Origin: an uncultured Dehalococcoidia bacterium
Lineage (GTDB): Bacteria; Chloroflexota; Dehalococcoidia; Lucifugimonadales; UBA3495
Assembly (NCBI GenBank): GCA_950072105.1
Contig: CATMOE010000034.1
Span: 1-39,348 of the forward strand
Direction: 5' to 3'
Length of the DNA stretch: 39,348 nt
Made by a program: the position numbers and the translations under genes. Positions within the stretch are counted from its first letter, which is position 1, and each line of letters starts with the position of its first letter. This document shows positions 29,915 through 38,012 of this stretch, piece by piece. Under the pieces are notes generated by a model. The model did not search any database. It was not told the origin of the DNA and saw nothing but the letters and a program-made list of their open reading frames with translations.

Positions 29915-30958
29915 CTAATTGGGGTTGTACACCTCTAACAAAGCGGGGTTCACCCGCCCGTTGGTGATCCGGTCGTCGAAACCGGCGGACTTGAGTCTTT
30001 GGAAGTACTCTTTGGTCTGGCGTTGACGGATGGCCATCAAAATCTTCTGGCCCTCGTCGGTCTTGTCTTTGCCGCCGCCTAGCAGCACGGCCAGCGCTTC
30101 GCTGGTCAGGATATTGCGGGCCGCCGGGTTCTCACCACCGGCCCCGGACGACTGGCGGCTCTCGCCTTCATCCAGGTAGGAGTGAATCTCTTCCCGGCGT
30201 TCGGGGTTACATTCGTTCATGTAGCGTAGGTGCAACACGCCGATAGCCACGTGTCTGGCCTCGTCTTGGGCGCACCGGCGGTAGATGGCCTTTTCCGCTT
30301 CGTTGTAGGCCATCAACTCTCCCAGGCGAAACAGGGTCAACACGTTCCCTTCGCCGGTGATGTGCAACCGGGAGGACAGCTCGGTAAACTCCCGGGCGTT
30401 GTCGGTGCTGCCGCCAACAACGTCGCTGACGGTGTCAATCATGCGCATCAGCCCGCCGCCGTTGGCCAGGGCCCGCTTACGGAACACGTCCAGATGGCGG
30501 GACTCATCCATCACCTGCGCCAGCAACACCAACCGGACTTCGTGGTAATCCGGGGACATGGTGGAGATGAACCGTCCGGGTACATCCGAGGCAACGAATT
30601 CGACTTGGGCGAAGAACGTGGCAAGCTGGCACTCGGCGGCCTCGATCTCGTCGGGAAGGGGCTCTATGGTTTCCCAGGGAATATCGGTGGCCGAACTCCA
30701 CTGGCGGGTGACAAACTCTTGGTACAGCTTGGTAAGGTTGTGGGCCCAAACGTCCTTCTTTGTCCGGAAGGTATAGGCGCCAAACTGGGGGACGTTGCCG
30801 CGAGGGATGGAACCCTCTACCCGGCCGGTATTGTTCTCGGAGAATTCGTTGGTTGTCTCGCCCTGGATATTTTCCTTGAGTTGTTCCAGCCAGGACAGAT
30901 CGAAGCCGCTCTCCCGGGCTTTCTCCCAATAATCGGCGCGATTGGTGACAGTCGCCAT
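29915..30958 (-). CDS. ferritin-like di-iron carboxylate protein (alpha-like)
   Basis: QVEF...MDESRH...GEG...QDEARH ligand pattern; ATG at 30958 with SD GGGAGG. Confidence 0.85.
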   Translation of the reverse strand: MATVTNRADYWEKARESGFDLSWLEQLKENIQGETTNEFSENNTGRVEGSIPRGNVPQFGAYTFRTKKDVWAHNLTKLYQEFVTRQWSSATDIPWETIEPLPDEIEAAECQLATFFAQVEFVASDVPGRFISTMSPDYHEVRLVLLAQVMDESRHLDVFRKRALANGGGLMRMIDTVSDVVGGSTDNAREFTELSSRLHITGEGNVLTLFRLGELMAYNEAEKAIYRRCAQDEARHVAIGVLHLRYMNECNPERREEIHSYLDEGESRQSSGAGGENPAARNILTSEALAVLLGGGKDKTDEGQKILMAIRQRQTKEYFQRLKSAGFDDRITNGRVNPALLEVYNPN

Positions 30959-31047
30959 CAGATCGACCTCCCCGTTGATACCCAACTACCGTGGAACTGA
31001 CGACCGGAGACTCGAACGCCGAGTTTCCCATCGTTCTAGATATGCAA

Positions 31048-31076
31048 ATGCTAATTGGCACACACGGGTTTGTCAA
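31048..31076 (-). promoter_or_regulatory. sigma70-type promoter of the di-iron operon
   Basis: Minus strand TTGACA-17 nt-TAGCAT. Confidence 0.7.
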
Positions 31077-31515
31077 CGGTTCTCGGATACTCCGGGTTGC
31101 GAATGTGGCGTTTTTGCCGGAGATTTCCGGCCGGCGGAGGGCTGGGGCAGGTGTGCTATGAGGGGTACTTGGTTCGTCCTTCGGGTGGAAAAAATATTGG
31201 GGAGCCTGGCCACTCCCCAATATGCGGCCTGCCGAGCAATAAAGCACGGGCAGATCACAGTCGTACCATGGAGCATAATCTCGCAGTTGTAAATGCGTAC
31301 ATCTACGTAGTTTGTTACCCTATTTTTTTGCCTGGTGCGCCGTAATTGTGCTTATTCTGGAACATTTTGGGTGTATTCTGGCTTTGGGAATTGGTCCTTG
31401 ACAGCCTATGGCATGCTGGACTTATCTGGTAGAATCGGCGATGGTGCGAGTTAAGGTTTCTGTTACATCGGATGACCTCGACTGGACCAATACAACACAA
31501 ATGGAGGCCATCCCG

Positions 31516-31842
31516 ATGGCGATCTCAGACAAAGACCTGACCTGTAGAGACTGTGGCGCGGTATTCACCTTCACGGCAGGTGAACAGGAATTCTTCGCTT
31601 CCAAGGGGTTCACCAATGAGCCCAGCCGGTGCCCAGCTTGCCGGTCAGCCCGCCGGAACCAGGGCGGAGGATACGGCGGTGGCGGTGGCGGTGGCGGTGG
31701 CGGTGGCGGCTACGGCGGTGGCCAGCGGGAGATGCACCCCGCGGTGTGTGCCCAGTGTGGAATCGACACCGAGGTGCCTTTCTTGCCTCGGGGCGATAAG
31801 CCGGTTTACTGCAGCGATTGCTTCAGTGCCATGAGGCGCTAG
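31516..31842 (+). CDS. zinc-ribbon / CxxC-x17-CxxC domain protein with Gly-rich linker
   Basis: DKDLTCRDCG..FTFTAGEQEFF..KGFTNEPSRCPACR; CAQCG...VPF.P...PVYCSDC; SD GGAGG. Confidence 0.92.
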   Translation: MAISDKDLTCRDCGAVFTFTAGEQEFFASKGFTNEPSRCPACRSARRNQGGGYGGGGGGGGGGGGYGGGQREMHPAVCAQCGIDTEVPFLPRGDKPVYCSDCFSAMRR

Positions 31843-32368
31843 CGTCTGATTTAAATATTTGGCAACGGTCCGCTCGCCCTTGAATAATTCGGGGCGGGCG
31901 GATATCCGAGTCCTCTCGGTCGTTGCTGGAATAATTGGCCCACTTCTAAGACAGCTTCTTTATAGGTCTGGTTGCCGAAGAGTGTTTGTGCGCCTTCCCC
32001 TCTCCTAGCCCCGATCCGGTCCACATGATTCGTGCGATCTGGAGTCACATTCCCCGGTCTGTTTGCCGCAACCAAACTGGATTTTTGCCAACACGGTTCG
32101 TTCTGGGCAGCTAGAAGCGTGTGGACCGGCGGCGCCACGTCCAAGCCTCTAGAGAAGAAAGTTAAACGGCCCGGCGAAAAAGCGCCACACGAACTCCCAC
32201 TGGCCCGTTGGGAAGGCATCGGTTTCCGTGAAGAAGTACATCAGGGTAAAAAACAGCTAAACCGTTGAGCGGGGAACTCTCACTCAAGCAACCACAACCC
32301 GGTCTGCCGCCCAGGATCTTCGCTCCGCCACGCGAGAAGTGATACCTGGATGTCTCCGCCAACCCGAG

Positions 32369-32911
32369 TTACTCCTCGCTGGCCACCGGCTGGTATTCGA
32401 TGACGACGATGATTCCCAGATCGGCCGCACGTTGCCTCAACTGGGCCAGATGACGGTCCCACTCGACGATCATGTCCGAGGCGGCGGCCAGCCGCTCCTC
32501 TCCCGTCTCCGCTCCTTCAGTGTTCCGGTGGTATCGGTAGTGCAGGTCCAACATAGCCGCCCGGCAGTCCACTCCCAGGCGGTTGAGCCCGCTGGACCTG
32601 TCATCGAATCTGAAAGCCGTGGATAACGCCACGACCGCCGCGATCGCCACGCCCAGTAATGTGTAGGCGACCAGCGCGATCTGGTTCTCACCCCCGAACA
32701 AAATCTGGGCCGCCCCGCTGGTGGCAATAAACGCGCCGATCACGATGGTTATGACTTTGGAGGATGCGGCGAAGCGTCCGGCGCGGGCCGCGTTGATGAC
32801 TGACGTATTCAATATCGCGCCAATCTCCCGTTGCCGGTGTTCCACGGTCGTCAGGATCCTGCGCGTTCTCCTTTCGTACTCTTCCGTTCGTTCGTTAGTA
32901 AGCTGTGCCAC
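32369..32911 (-). CDS. two-TM membrane protein, SLATT/DUF4231-like
   Basis: Helical N-terminus, two hydrophobic segments, then AFRFDDR and a helical C-terminus. Confidence 0.6.
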   Translation of the reverse strand: MAQLTNERTEEYERRTRRILTTVEHRQREIGAILNTSVINAARAGRFAASSKVITIVIGAFIATSGAAQILFGGENQIALVAYTLLGVAIAAVVALSTAFRFDDRSSGLNRLGVDCRAAMLDLHYRYHRNTEGAETGEERLAAASDMIVEWDRHLAQLRQRAADLGIIVVIEYQPVASEE

Positions 32912-33222
32912 TTCTCGTATACCTTACGTGTTGATTCGGCAGTCAAGCCGCAACAAAATCTAGCCGGCTAGGGCGATTATCCCGGTTGATTTATGGCGAT
33001 TGCGAAATACAATTTTATCAGTGTATACACTGGGCTGTATTTGACAAATCAAGGGCTTCGCGCTGGATGTATCCGAGGGCAAGTATGGATGCCCTTCGCC
33101 TCTCAGAGCGGATCACCGGCGGACACAACTCAGGAAGAGCGATGCGTCAGGCGAAAATGCAGAGGCTGGCAACAGAGACTTGGGATCGCTTTACATAACG
33201 CAGAGAGGTTAGGACCCCGCGG

Positions 33223-34098
33223 TTAATCGGTCAAAAAGAAATCTCTGATCGCGGCGTGGGCTTCTTCAGGCATCTCTTCAGCGATGTGGTGGCCGCAGGG
33301 CATCGAGTGGCCGCGAACGTCGGTCGCATAATCCCGCCACACCTGCAGAACGTCTTGCGTGCGTCCTACGTAGCCGGTAGCGCTCCACAGAGCCAGAAGA
33401 GGACAATCGACCTTATTGGCGAAGTCGGCTTCATCGTGCACCAAGTCGATGCTGGCGCCGGCGCGGTAGTCTTCGCACATGGCGTGGATCGCTTCCGGCT
33501 GGGTGGCGCAGCGCACGTATTCGGCCACTGCCTCCGGTGGGAAGACCTGGGCGGCATTGGCCCCGCGTTCGAAGCTCCGGCGGATGAATTGGTCGGCCGC
33601 GGCCCCAATCACCCGCTCGGGGAAGTCGTAGGGTTGGATCAGGAAGAACCAGTGGTAGGTGTTGGTCGCCATCTCTTTGTTGACGATCTGGAACATCCGG
33701 TGGGTTGGGATGATATCCAGCAGGGCCAGTTTCCGTACCCGCTGGGGATGGTCCTTGGTCAGGCGGTGGGAAACCCGGGCGCCCCGGTCATGGGCGGCCA
33801 GCAGGAAAGAATCGAACCCCAATTGTTCCATAACCTCAACCTGGTCCTGGGCCATGGCGCGCTTGGAGTAATTCAAATGTTCCGAGCCGCCCTCAGGTTT
33901 GCCGCTATCGCCGTAACCCCGGAGGTCCGCCGCGACCACCGTGAAGTCCCTTGCCAGAAGGGGGGCTACTTTGTGCCACATGGTGTGGGTTTGAGGGTAT
34001 CCGTGAAGCAGTAACAATGGAGGGCCATCGCCGCCCTTCACCAGATTGATGGTGGTCCCACTGGTCTGGATCTGCAGCTGTTCAAATCCTTCGAACAT
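33223..34098 (-). CDS. alpha/beta hydrolase, fluoroacetate (haloacetate) dehalogenase type
   Basis: LLHGYPQT, YSKRAMA, HDRGARV, LDI, YHWFF, CEDYRA, CGH. Confidence 0.88.
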   Translation of the reverse strand: MFEGFEQLQIQTSGTTINLVKGGDGPPLLLLHGYPQTHTMWHKVAPLLARDFTVVAADLRGYGDSGKPEGGSEHLNYSKRAMAQDQVEVMEQLGFDSFLLAAHDRGARVSHRLTKDHPQRVRKLALLDIIPTHRMFQIVNKEMATNTYHWFFLIQPYDFPERVIGAAADQFIRRSFERGANAAQVFPPEAVAEYVRCATQPEAIHAMCEDYRAGASIDLVHDEADFANKVDCPLLALWSATGYVGRTQDVLQVWRDYATDVRGHSMPCGHHIAEEMPEEAHAAIRDFFLTD

Positions 34099-34122
34099 GG
34101 CGTTCACCTTCTTGTCACGGCT

Positions 34123-34593
34123 CTAGCGGCTGAGGCCGTTCTTGGCTGCCCAGTCTAGGCGGATCTTCCAGCATTCTTCAGTGAGGATTCCCGATACAAC
34201 TTCTATTTTGCTTCCCCAGCCGGATTCTTGGAACAGCTTTTCCACGGAGAAATCGCCGTACTGGCTTTCCCCAGGGTTGGGACGGGCGCCCATCACCACA
34301 GTGGAAATGCCGCTGACCATGATGGCCCCAGAGCACATGGGACAGGGCTGGAAAGTTGTGTAAAGGGCGCAGCCGGAGAAGTCGGAACGGCCTAAAGCCG
34401 CGGCCGTTTCTCTCAGGGCTACCGTCTCCGCGTGGGCGGTTGGGTCGTTGCTGGCGCCGACGAGGTTTCTACCTACTCCTATAACCGTGTTGTTCTCAAC
34501 GATGATCGACCCAACCGCGGAGTTCCCCTCGGCCCCACCTTTATCCGCTTCATCGATAGCCAACCGTATGAACCGCTCGTGGTCTGCGGGCAT
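34123..34593 (-). CDS. nucleoside/nucleobase deaminase (CDA/TadA-like Zn deaminase)
   Basis: DPTAHAE and PCPMC motifs. Confidence 0.88.
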   Translation of the reverse strand: MPADHERFIRLAIDEADKGGAEGNSAVGSIIVENNTVIGVGRNLVGASNDPTAHAETVALRETAAALGRSDFSGCALYTTFQPCPMCSGAIMVSGISTVVMGARPNPGESQYGDFSVEKLFQESGWGSKIEVVSGILTEECWKIRLDWAAKNGLSR

Positions 34594-34653
34594 GGGTATA
34601 CCTCCTTAGCGCTTTGACGATTTCTAGCCGGGAAGCAGCTATCTTTGGGCGTC

Positions 34654-35370
34654 TTAGGCCAGCGCTGCCGCCGTAACGTCATTCTCTCTTAATGCTTTGA
34701 AGTATGGTGTTAGGCCGCCCGTCAGTACCGACCCGTGATGGCAAGCAACGGTCTTGATTCCCGGCGTCTCGCTTAACAGCGGTTCCAGCTTGTCCAGGGC
34801 CGAGTGCAAGTGTCTCATGGAGGGCATCAAACCGCCAAGCCTGTATGACTCAACCATCTGGTCCGACAGGTCTTGATCGGTCGTCGGCGGACCTTCGCCC
34901 GGCTGCATAAACAGGTCAGAACTGTATAAGACCCCCTGAGTCTCTTCATATACCACCAGGCTATCCCATAAGTGGACATAAGGCGTCAGGATAAAGCGCA
35001 GCCGGCGAGAGCCGATGCACAGAACCTCTCCATCAACCACGGTCTGGGGGTCCTGTTCCGCGAAATCGCCAACCGAACTGGCGCCGGTGGGGCTGCACAC
35101 GGGCACGGCGTTGGGCGCGATATCCAGGAACTTCTTGAGGGCGCCGCACTCGTCCCCTTCAAAGTGGGGCACTATGATGTGCCTTAGCTCCCTGGGATCC
35201 AGGACTTTCCCCACGGCTTCCTTCACTTCATCGAACACGCGGCCAAAACTGGTTTCCACCAGAGTGGGCAGATCGTCATTGATGAGAAACAGGCTAAACG
35301 TCACCCGCCGCCCCGGCAGAACCACGTTGATGCGGTATACGTCCTCGGCAATCTCCGTAACGGTGGCCAT
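34654..35370 (-). CDS. MBL-fold protein, flavodiiron/ODP-like domain
   Basis: PHFEGDECG, TPYVHLW, SSDLF, CHHG; no flavodoxin domain. Confidence 0.78.
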   Translation of the reverse strand: MATVTEIAEDVYRINVVLPGRRVTFSLFLINDDLPTLVETSFGRVFDEVKEAVGKVLDPRELRHIIVPHFEGDECGALKKFLDIAPNAVPVCSPTGASSVGDFAEQDPQTVVDGEVLCIGSRRLRFILTPYVHLWDSLVVYEETQGVLYSSDLFMQPGEGPPTTDQDLSDQMVESYRLGGLMPSMRHLHSALDKLEPLLSETPGIKTVACHHGSVLTGGLTPYFKALRENDVTAAALA

Positions 35371-35386
35371 GGCGATACCTCCGGGA

Positions 35387-35425
35387 AGTTTGGCTGATTA
35401 GTTTGGCTGATTAGTTTGGCTGATT
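35387..35425. repeat. 13-bp tandem repeat x3
   Basis: (AGTTTGGCTGATT)3, exact. Confidence 0.95.
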
Positions 35426-35452
35426 ATAGAGGCAATGGAGTTGGGGCGCTAG
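35413..35452. repeat. direct repeat copy 1 (contains minus-strand TATAAT)
   Basis: AGTTTGGCTGATTATAGAGGCAATGG (26 bp) identical to 37769-37794; similarity continues to GGCGCTAG. Confidence 0.9.
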
Positions 35453-35633
35453 CATGGAATCCTCGGAAGGATTGCCGCAGAACGGCCGGGTCAGAATTCA
35501 GACCCTACACGACTACCGATGCCGTTGCTTCTATCGGTTGGCCGGTCAGAAATGGTCTATACTGACTCCATTCCAAGTCCGCCGCTGGATCCGCGTCCCT
35601 TGGCAAAATATTGGCGATACAAAAGAGTTGAGA

Positions 35634-36044
35634 ATGACACGAGTATATGTGGACATGGTGGCCGATCTGTTTCATTACGGCCATGTTGAGCTCCTCAGAC
35701 AGGCCCGTGCCCTCGGCGATTACCTATTGGTTGGTATTCACGCCGACGAGGTCGTCCTTGCTCACAAGCGCAAACCCATACTGACGATGGAGGAGCGAGT
35801 GGCCTGCGTGGCTGGGTGCCGCTACGTGGACGAAGTGCTACCCAACGCCCCCTGGGCCACCGGCCGCGATTGGATAGAAAGCCACGACATTCACCTGGTG
35901 GCGCACGGCAGCGATTATTCCCAGGAAGACCTTACCGCCACGCATGCGGTACCAATCGAGATGGGGATATTCCGTATCGTCGACTATACGACGGAGATTT
36001 CAACCACCGAAATCATCCGCAGGATACTGGAGGGAAACCGCTGA
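35634..36044 (+). CDS. cytidylyltransferase (HxGH family; GCT/CCT/ECT-like)
   Basis: VYVDMVADLFHYGH, KRKPI, ERV...CRYVDEV, AHGSD, ISTTEII. Confidence 0.88.
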   Translation: MTRVYVDMVADLFHYGHVELLRQARALGDYLLVGIHADEVVLAHKRKPILTMEERVACVAGCRYVDEVLPNAPWATGRDWIESHDIHLVAHGSDYSQEDLTATHAVPIEMGIFRIVDYTTEISTTEIIRRILEGNR

Positions 36045-36084
36045 TCCGAGTTCAGGCAAAATATAGTAGGCAGATAGAACAGCG

Positions 36085-36933
36085 ATGGAACGTGAATCTT
36101 CGTTAGATAAGCAGATAGATGACGCTGCCGTCCAGCGCTATTTCGATGGCGCAAACGGTACGGCCCCCGCCGCTATGAGCATGATGGCCCATGAATACAA
36201 TCTGCCATCAAACGCGGTAGCGTACAGATTAGGCAAGGAGCTAAGAACGATTAACCCCTGGCTCAATGCGGTAAGCAAATCCGGCCGAGTGCTTGATGTC
36301 GGGTGTGGCGCCGGGGCCTGGGTCGAGATTTTTGCCCGTCGTTACCAGTCTGTGATCGGCGTAGAGCGCAGCCATGCGATGGTGGAGGATGCGAAAAAGC
36401 GCGTGTCCCAGTTATCTAACGCTCAGATCTTACAGGGGGATGGCAGGCAGGACTTACCTGCGGGGCCGTTCGACTTGATCTTCCTGGGTGGTCTTTGCAT
36501 GTATCTGGGCGACAACGATGTGGTAGCGCTACTTAATAGTTTGAAATCACGCCTTAGCGAAGGGGGCACGATTATCCTGCGAGAGTCCACTGTGCGGGAG
36601 GGTGTGCAATTTGCCGAAGGCGAGTACCAAGCGGTTTACCGAAGCGTTGAATCGTACCAAAAGCTTTTTGGTGAGGCCGAAATCTCCAACGTAGAGGTTC
36701 GGCGAAACGCCGGTTATACCAGCATGGAGATCGCGGAAGAAGCGGTTGTGTATCGCCGCAAGTGGTTACCCTTTCTGCCAAAGGATTCGAATTTGTTCGG
36801 CTATTTAACCTGGTGGCTGTTAAGACTGGCCTCTCCGATCACTTTCTGGGCATTGCCGAGGGCACTTTCGGGCCTCAATGTTGCCTGGCCGAGACTACAA
36901 AATCATTTTTTCAAGCTGAATCCAACCGGCTAG
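36085..36933 (+). CDS. class I SAM-dependent methyltransferase, phosphoethanolamine N-methyltransferase-like
   Basis: VLDVGCGAG; FDLIFLGGLCMYLGDNDV...GGTIILRES; YRSVESYQKLF. Specificity is an inference. Confidence 0.8.
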   Translation: MERESSLDKQIDDAAVQRYFDGANGTAPAAMSMMAHEYNLPSNAVAYRLGKELRTINPWLNAVSKSGRVLDVGCGAGAWVEIFARRYQSVIGVERSHAMVEDAKKRVSQLSNAQILQGDGRQDLPAGPFDLIFLGGLCMYLGDNDVVALLNSLKSRLSEGGTIILRESTVREGVQFAEGEYQAVYRSVESYQKLFGEAEISNVEVRRNAGYTSMEIAEEAVVYRRKWLPFLPKDSNLFGYLTWWLLRLASPITFWALPRALSGLNVAWPRLQNHFFKLNPTG

Positions 36934-37034
36934 AGATCAATGGCCCCGCGCCTGTCCGAAGTCCAAGTGGCATTTGTACCCGTGGCCATAAGAGGGCCGG
37001 TGGCGCCATCGATCTGGCCGGCGAGTTCGGGTTA

Positions 37035-37736
37035 TCACGACCAAAGAATGAAAGAGTAAACGCCGGTCATCGCCACCACGTAGACGGTAAATATGTAGTT
37101 CCAAACCTTGCCCAACTTCCCCGTACGAAAGGGGGCCACATGTAAAAGCGCCATTAAGACGACGGTGGCGTAGAGAACCGCTACGAAGGTGGTCTGGCTT
37201 AGGAAGCTCTGTAACAAGAAAATCACCGAAAGGACGATCGGTGAATTGTCTATCGTGATGCCGGCGTAGGAGCCGTTTTTATCAACCCCGAACACATCGA
37301 AGTAGGCGAGACGCAGGACCCCCGCCATGATGATCGCCAATGCCCCCGGATAAGACCAGGCGCTGAAATCCGAAACGCTGATCAGGAGAACGGCCGGGCC
37401 CACTGCCGAGGTGACGAGGTCCACCAGGGAGTCCATGTGGGCGCCAACTGATCTGTGCGACTCGCTTCTTCTAGGCATTGCGCGAGCGACGATGCCGTCA
37501 TACCAGTCAAAAAGCACGGCCCAAAGTATCGCGATCATCGCTGCCGGGTAGTTCTGCGCCAGGGCGAAATATATCGCTAAAACCCCGCTGCATAGCCCCA
37601 GCAGAGTAACGATGTTGGGCCAATCCACAACGAAAGACAGAATGATGGGCGGTTGGGGTTCGGGTAACGGCGGCGCGCCCTTTGATTCAGGCCCGCCCCG
37701 GTCCTCCCGCGTGGGTTGATCAGTGCTGTCGGTCAC
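37035..37736 (-). CDS. CDP-alcohol phosphatidyltransferase (PssA/Pcs-like)
   Basis: PNIVT, DWYDGIVAR...GAHMDSLVD signature, LRLAYF; multiple TM segments. Confidence 0.9.
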   Translation of the reverse strand: MTDSTDQPTREDRGGPESKGAPPLPEPQPPIILSFVVDWPNIVTLLGLCSGVLAIYFALAQNYPAAMIAILWAVLFDWYDGIVARAMPRRSESHRSVGAHMDSLVDLVTSAVGPAVLLISVSDFSAWSYPGALAIIMAGVLRLAYFDVFGVDKNGSYAGITIDNSPIVLSVIFLLQSFLSQTTFVAVLYATVVLMALLHVAPFRTGKLGKVWNYIFTVYVVAMTGVYSFILWS

Positions 37737-37768
37737 CTAGCTGTCTCCGATGGGGGATATCGCCGGGG

Positions 37769-37808
37769 AGTTTGGCTGATTATAGAGGCAATGGGGGTTG
37801 GGCGCTAG
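37769..37808. repeat. direct repeat copy 2
   Basis: AGTTTGGCTGATTATAGAGGCAATGGGGGTTGGGCGCTAG, matches 35413-35452. Confidence 0.9.
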
Positions 37809-37872
37809 AGAGCGCATCGTGAGAGAACATCCCGCCCCTCACGTGTCGGGCAAGGTTTGAGCAGTTAAAAAG

Positions 37873-37949
37873 TGGTGGGCAGTGCAGGACTCGAACCTGC
37901 GGCCTCCTGCGTGTAAAGCAGGCGCTCTAACCAGCTGAGCTAACCGCCC
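37873..37949 (-). tRNA. tRNA-Val(TAC)
   Basis: GGGCGGTTAGCTCAGCTGGTTAGAGCG CCTGC-TTTACAC-GCAGG AGGCC GCAGGTTCGAGTCCTGC ACTGCCCA CCA. Confidence 0.97.
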
Positions 37950-38012
37950 CCGTCATTTGACAAGTAGATGCACTTTTGTAAAGCTATAGGCAGCTTAGTG
38001 GGGAGGGCTGCC

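Noticed and set aside
28682..30958. Ribonucleotide reductase R2 or paaA/paaC call
   Set aside because: No R1 gene, no paaB/D/E neighbours and no family-specific sequence recognised; only the di-iron ligand pattern is shared
31675..31720. (GGCGGT)n microsatellite as a phase-variation tract
   Set aside because: In-frame hexamer encoding the Gly-rich linker usual for this protein family
34123..34593. tadA call
   Set aside because: Has HAE/PCxxC but lacks recognisable TadA-specific motifs such as EVPVGA and TLEPC
35387..35425. Possible CRISPR or iteron array
   Set aside because: Head-to-tail 13-mers with no spacers and no rep gene
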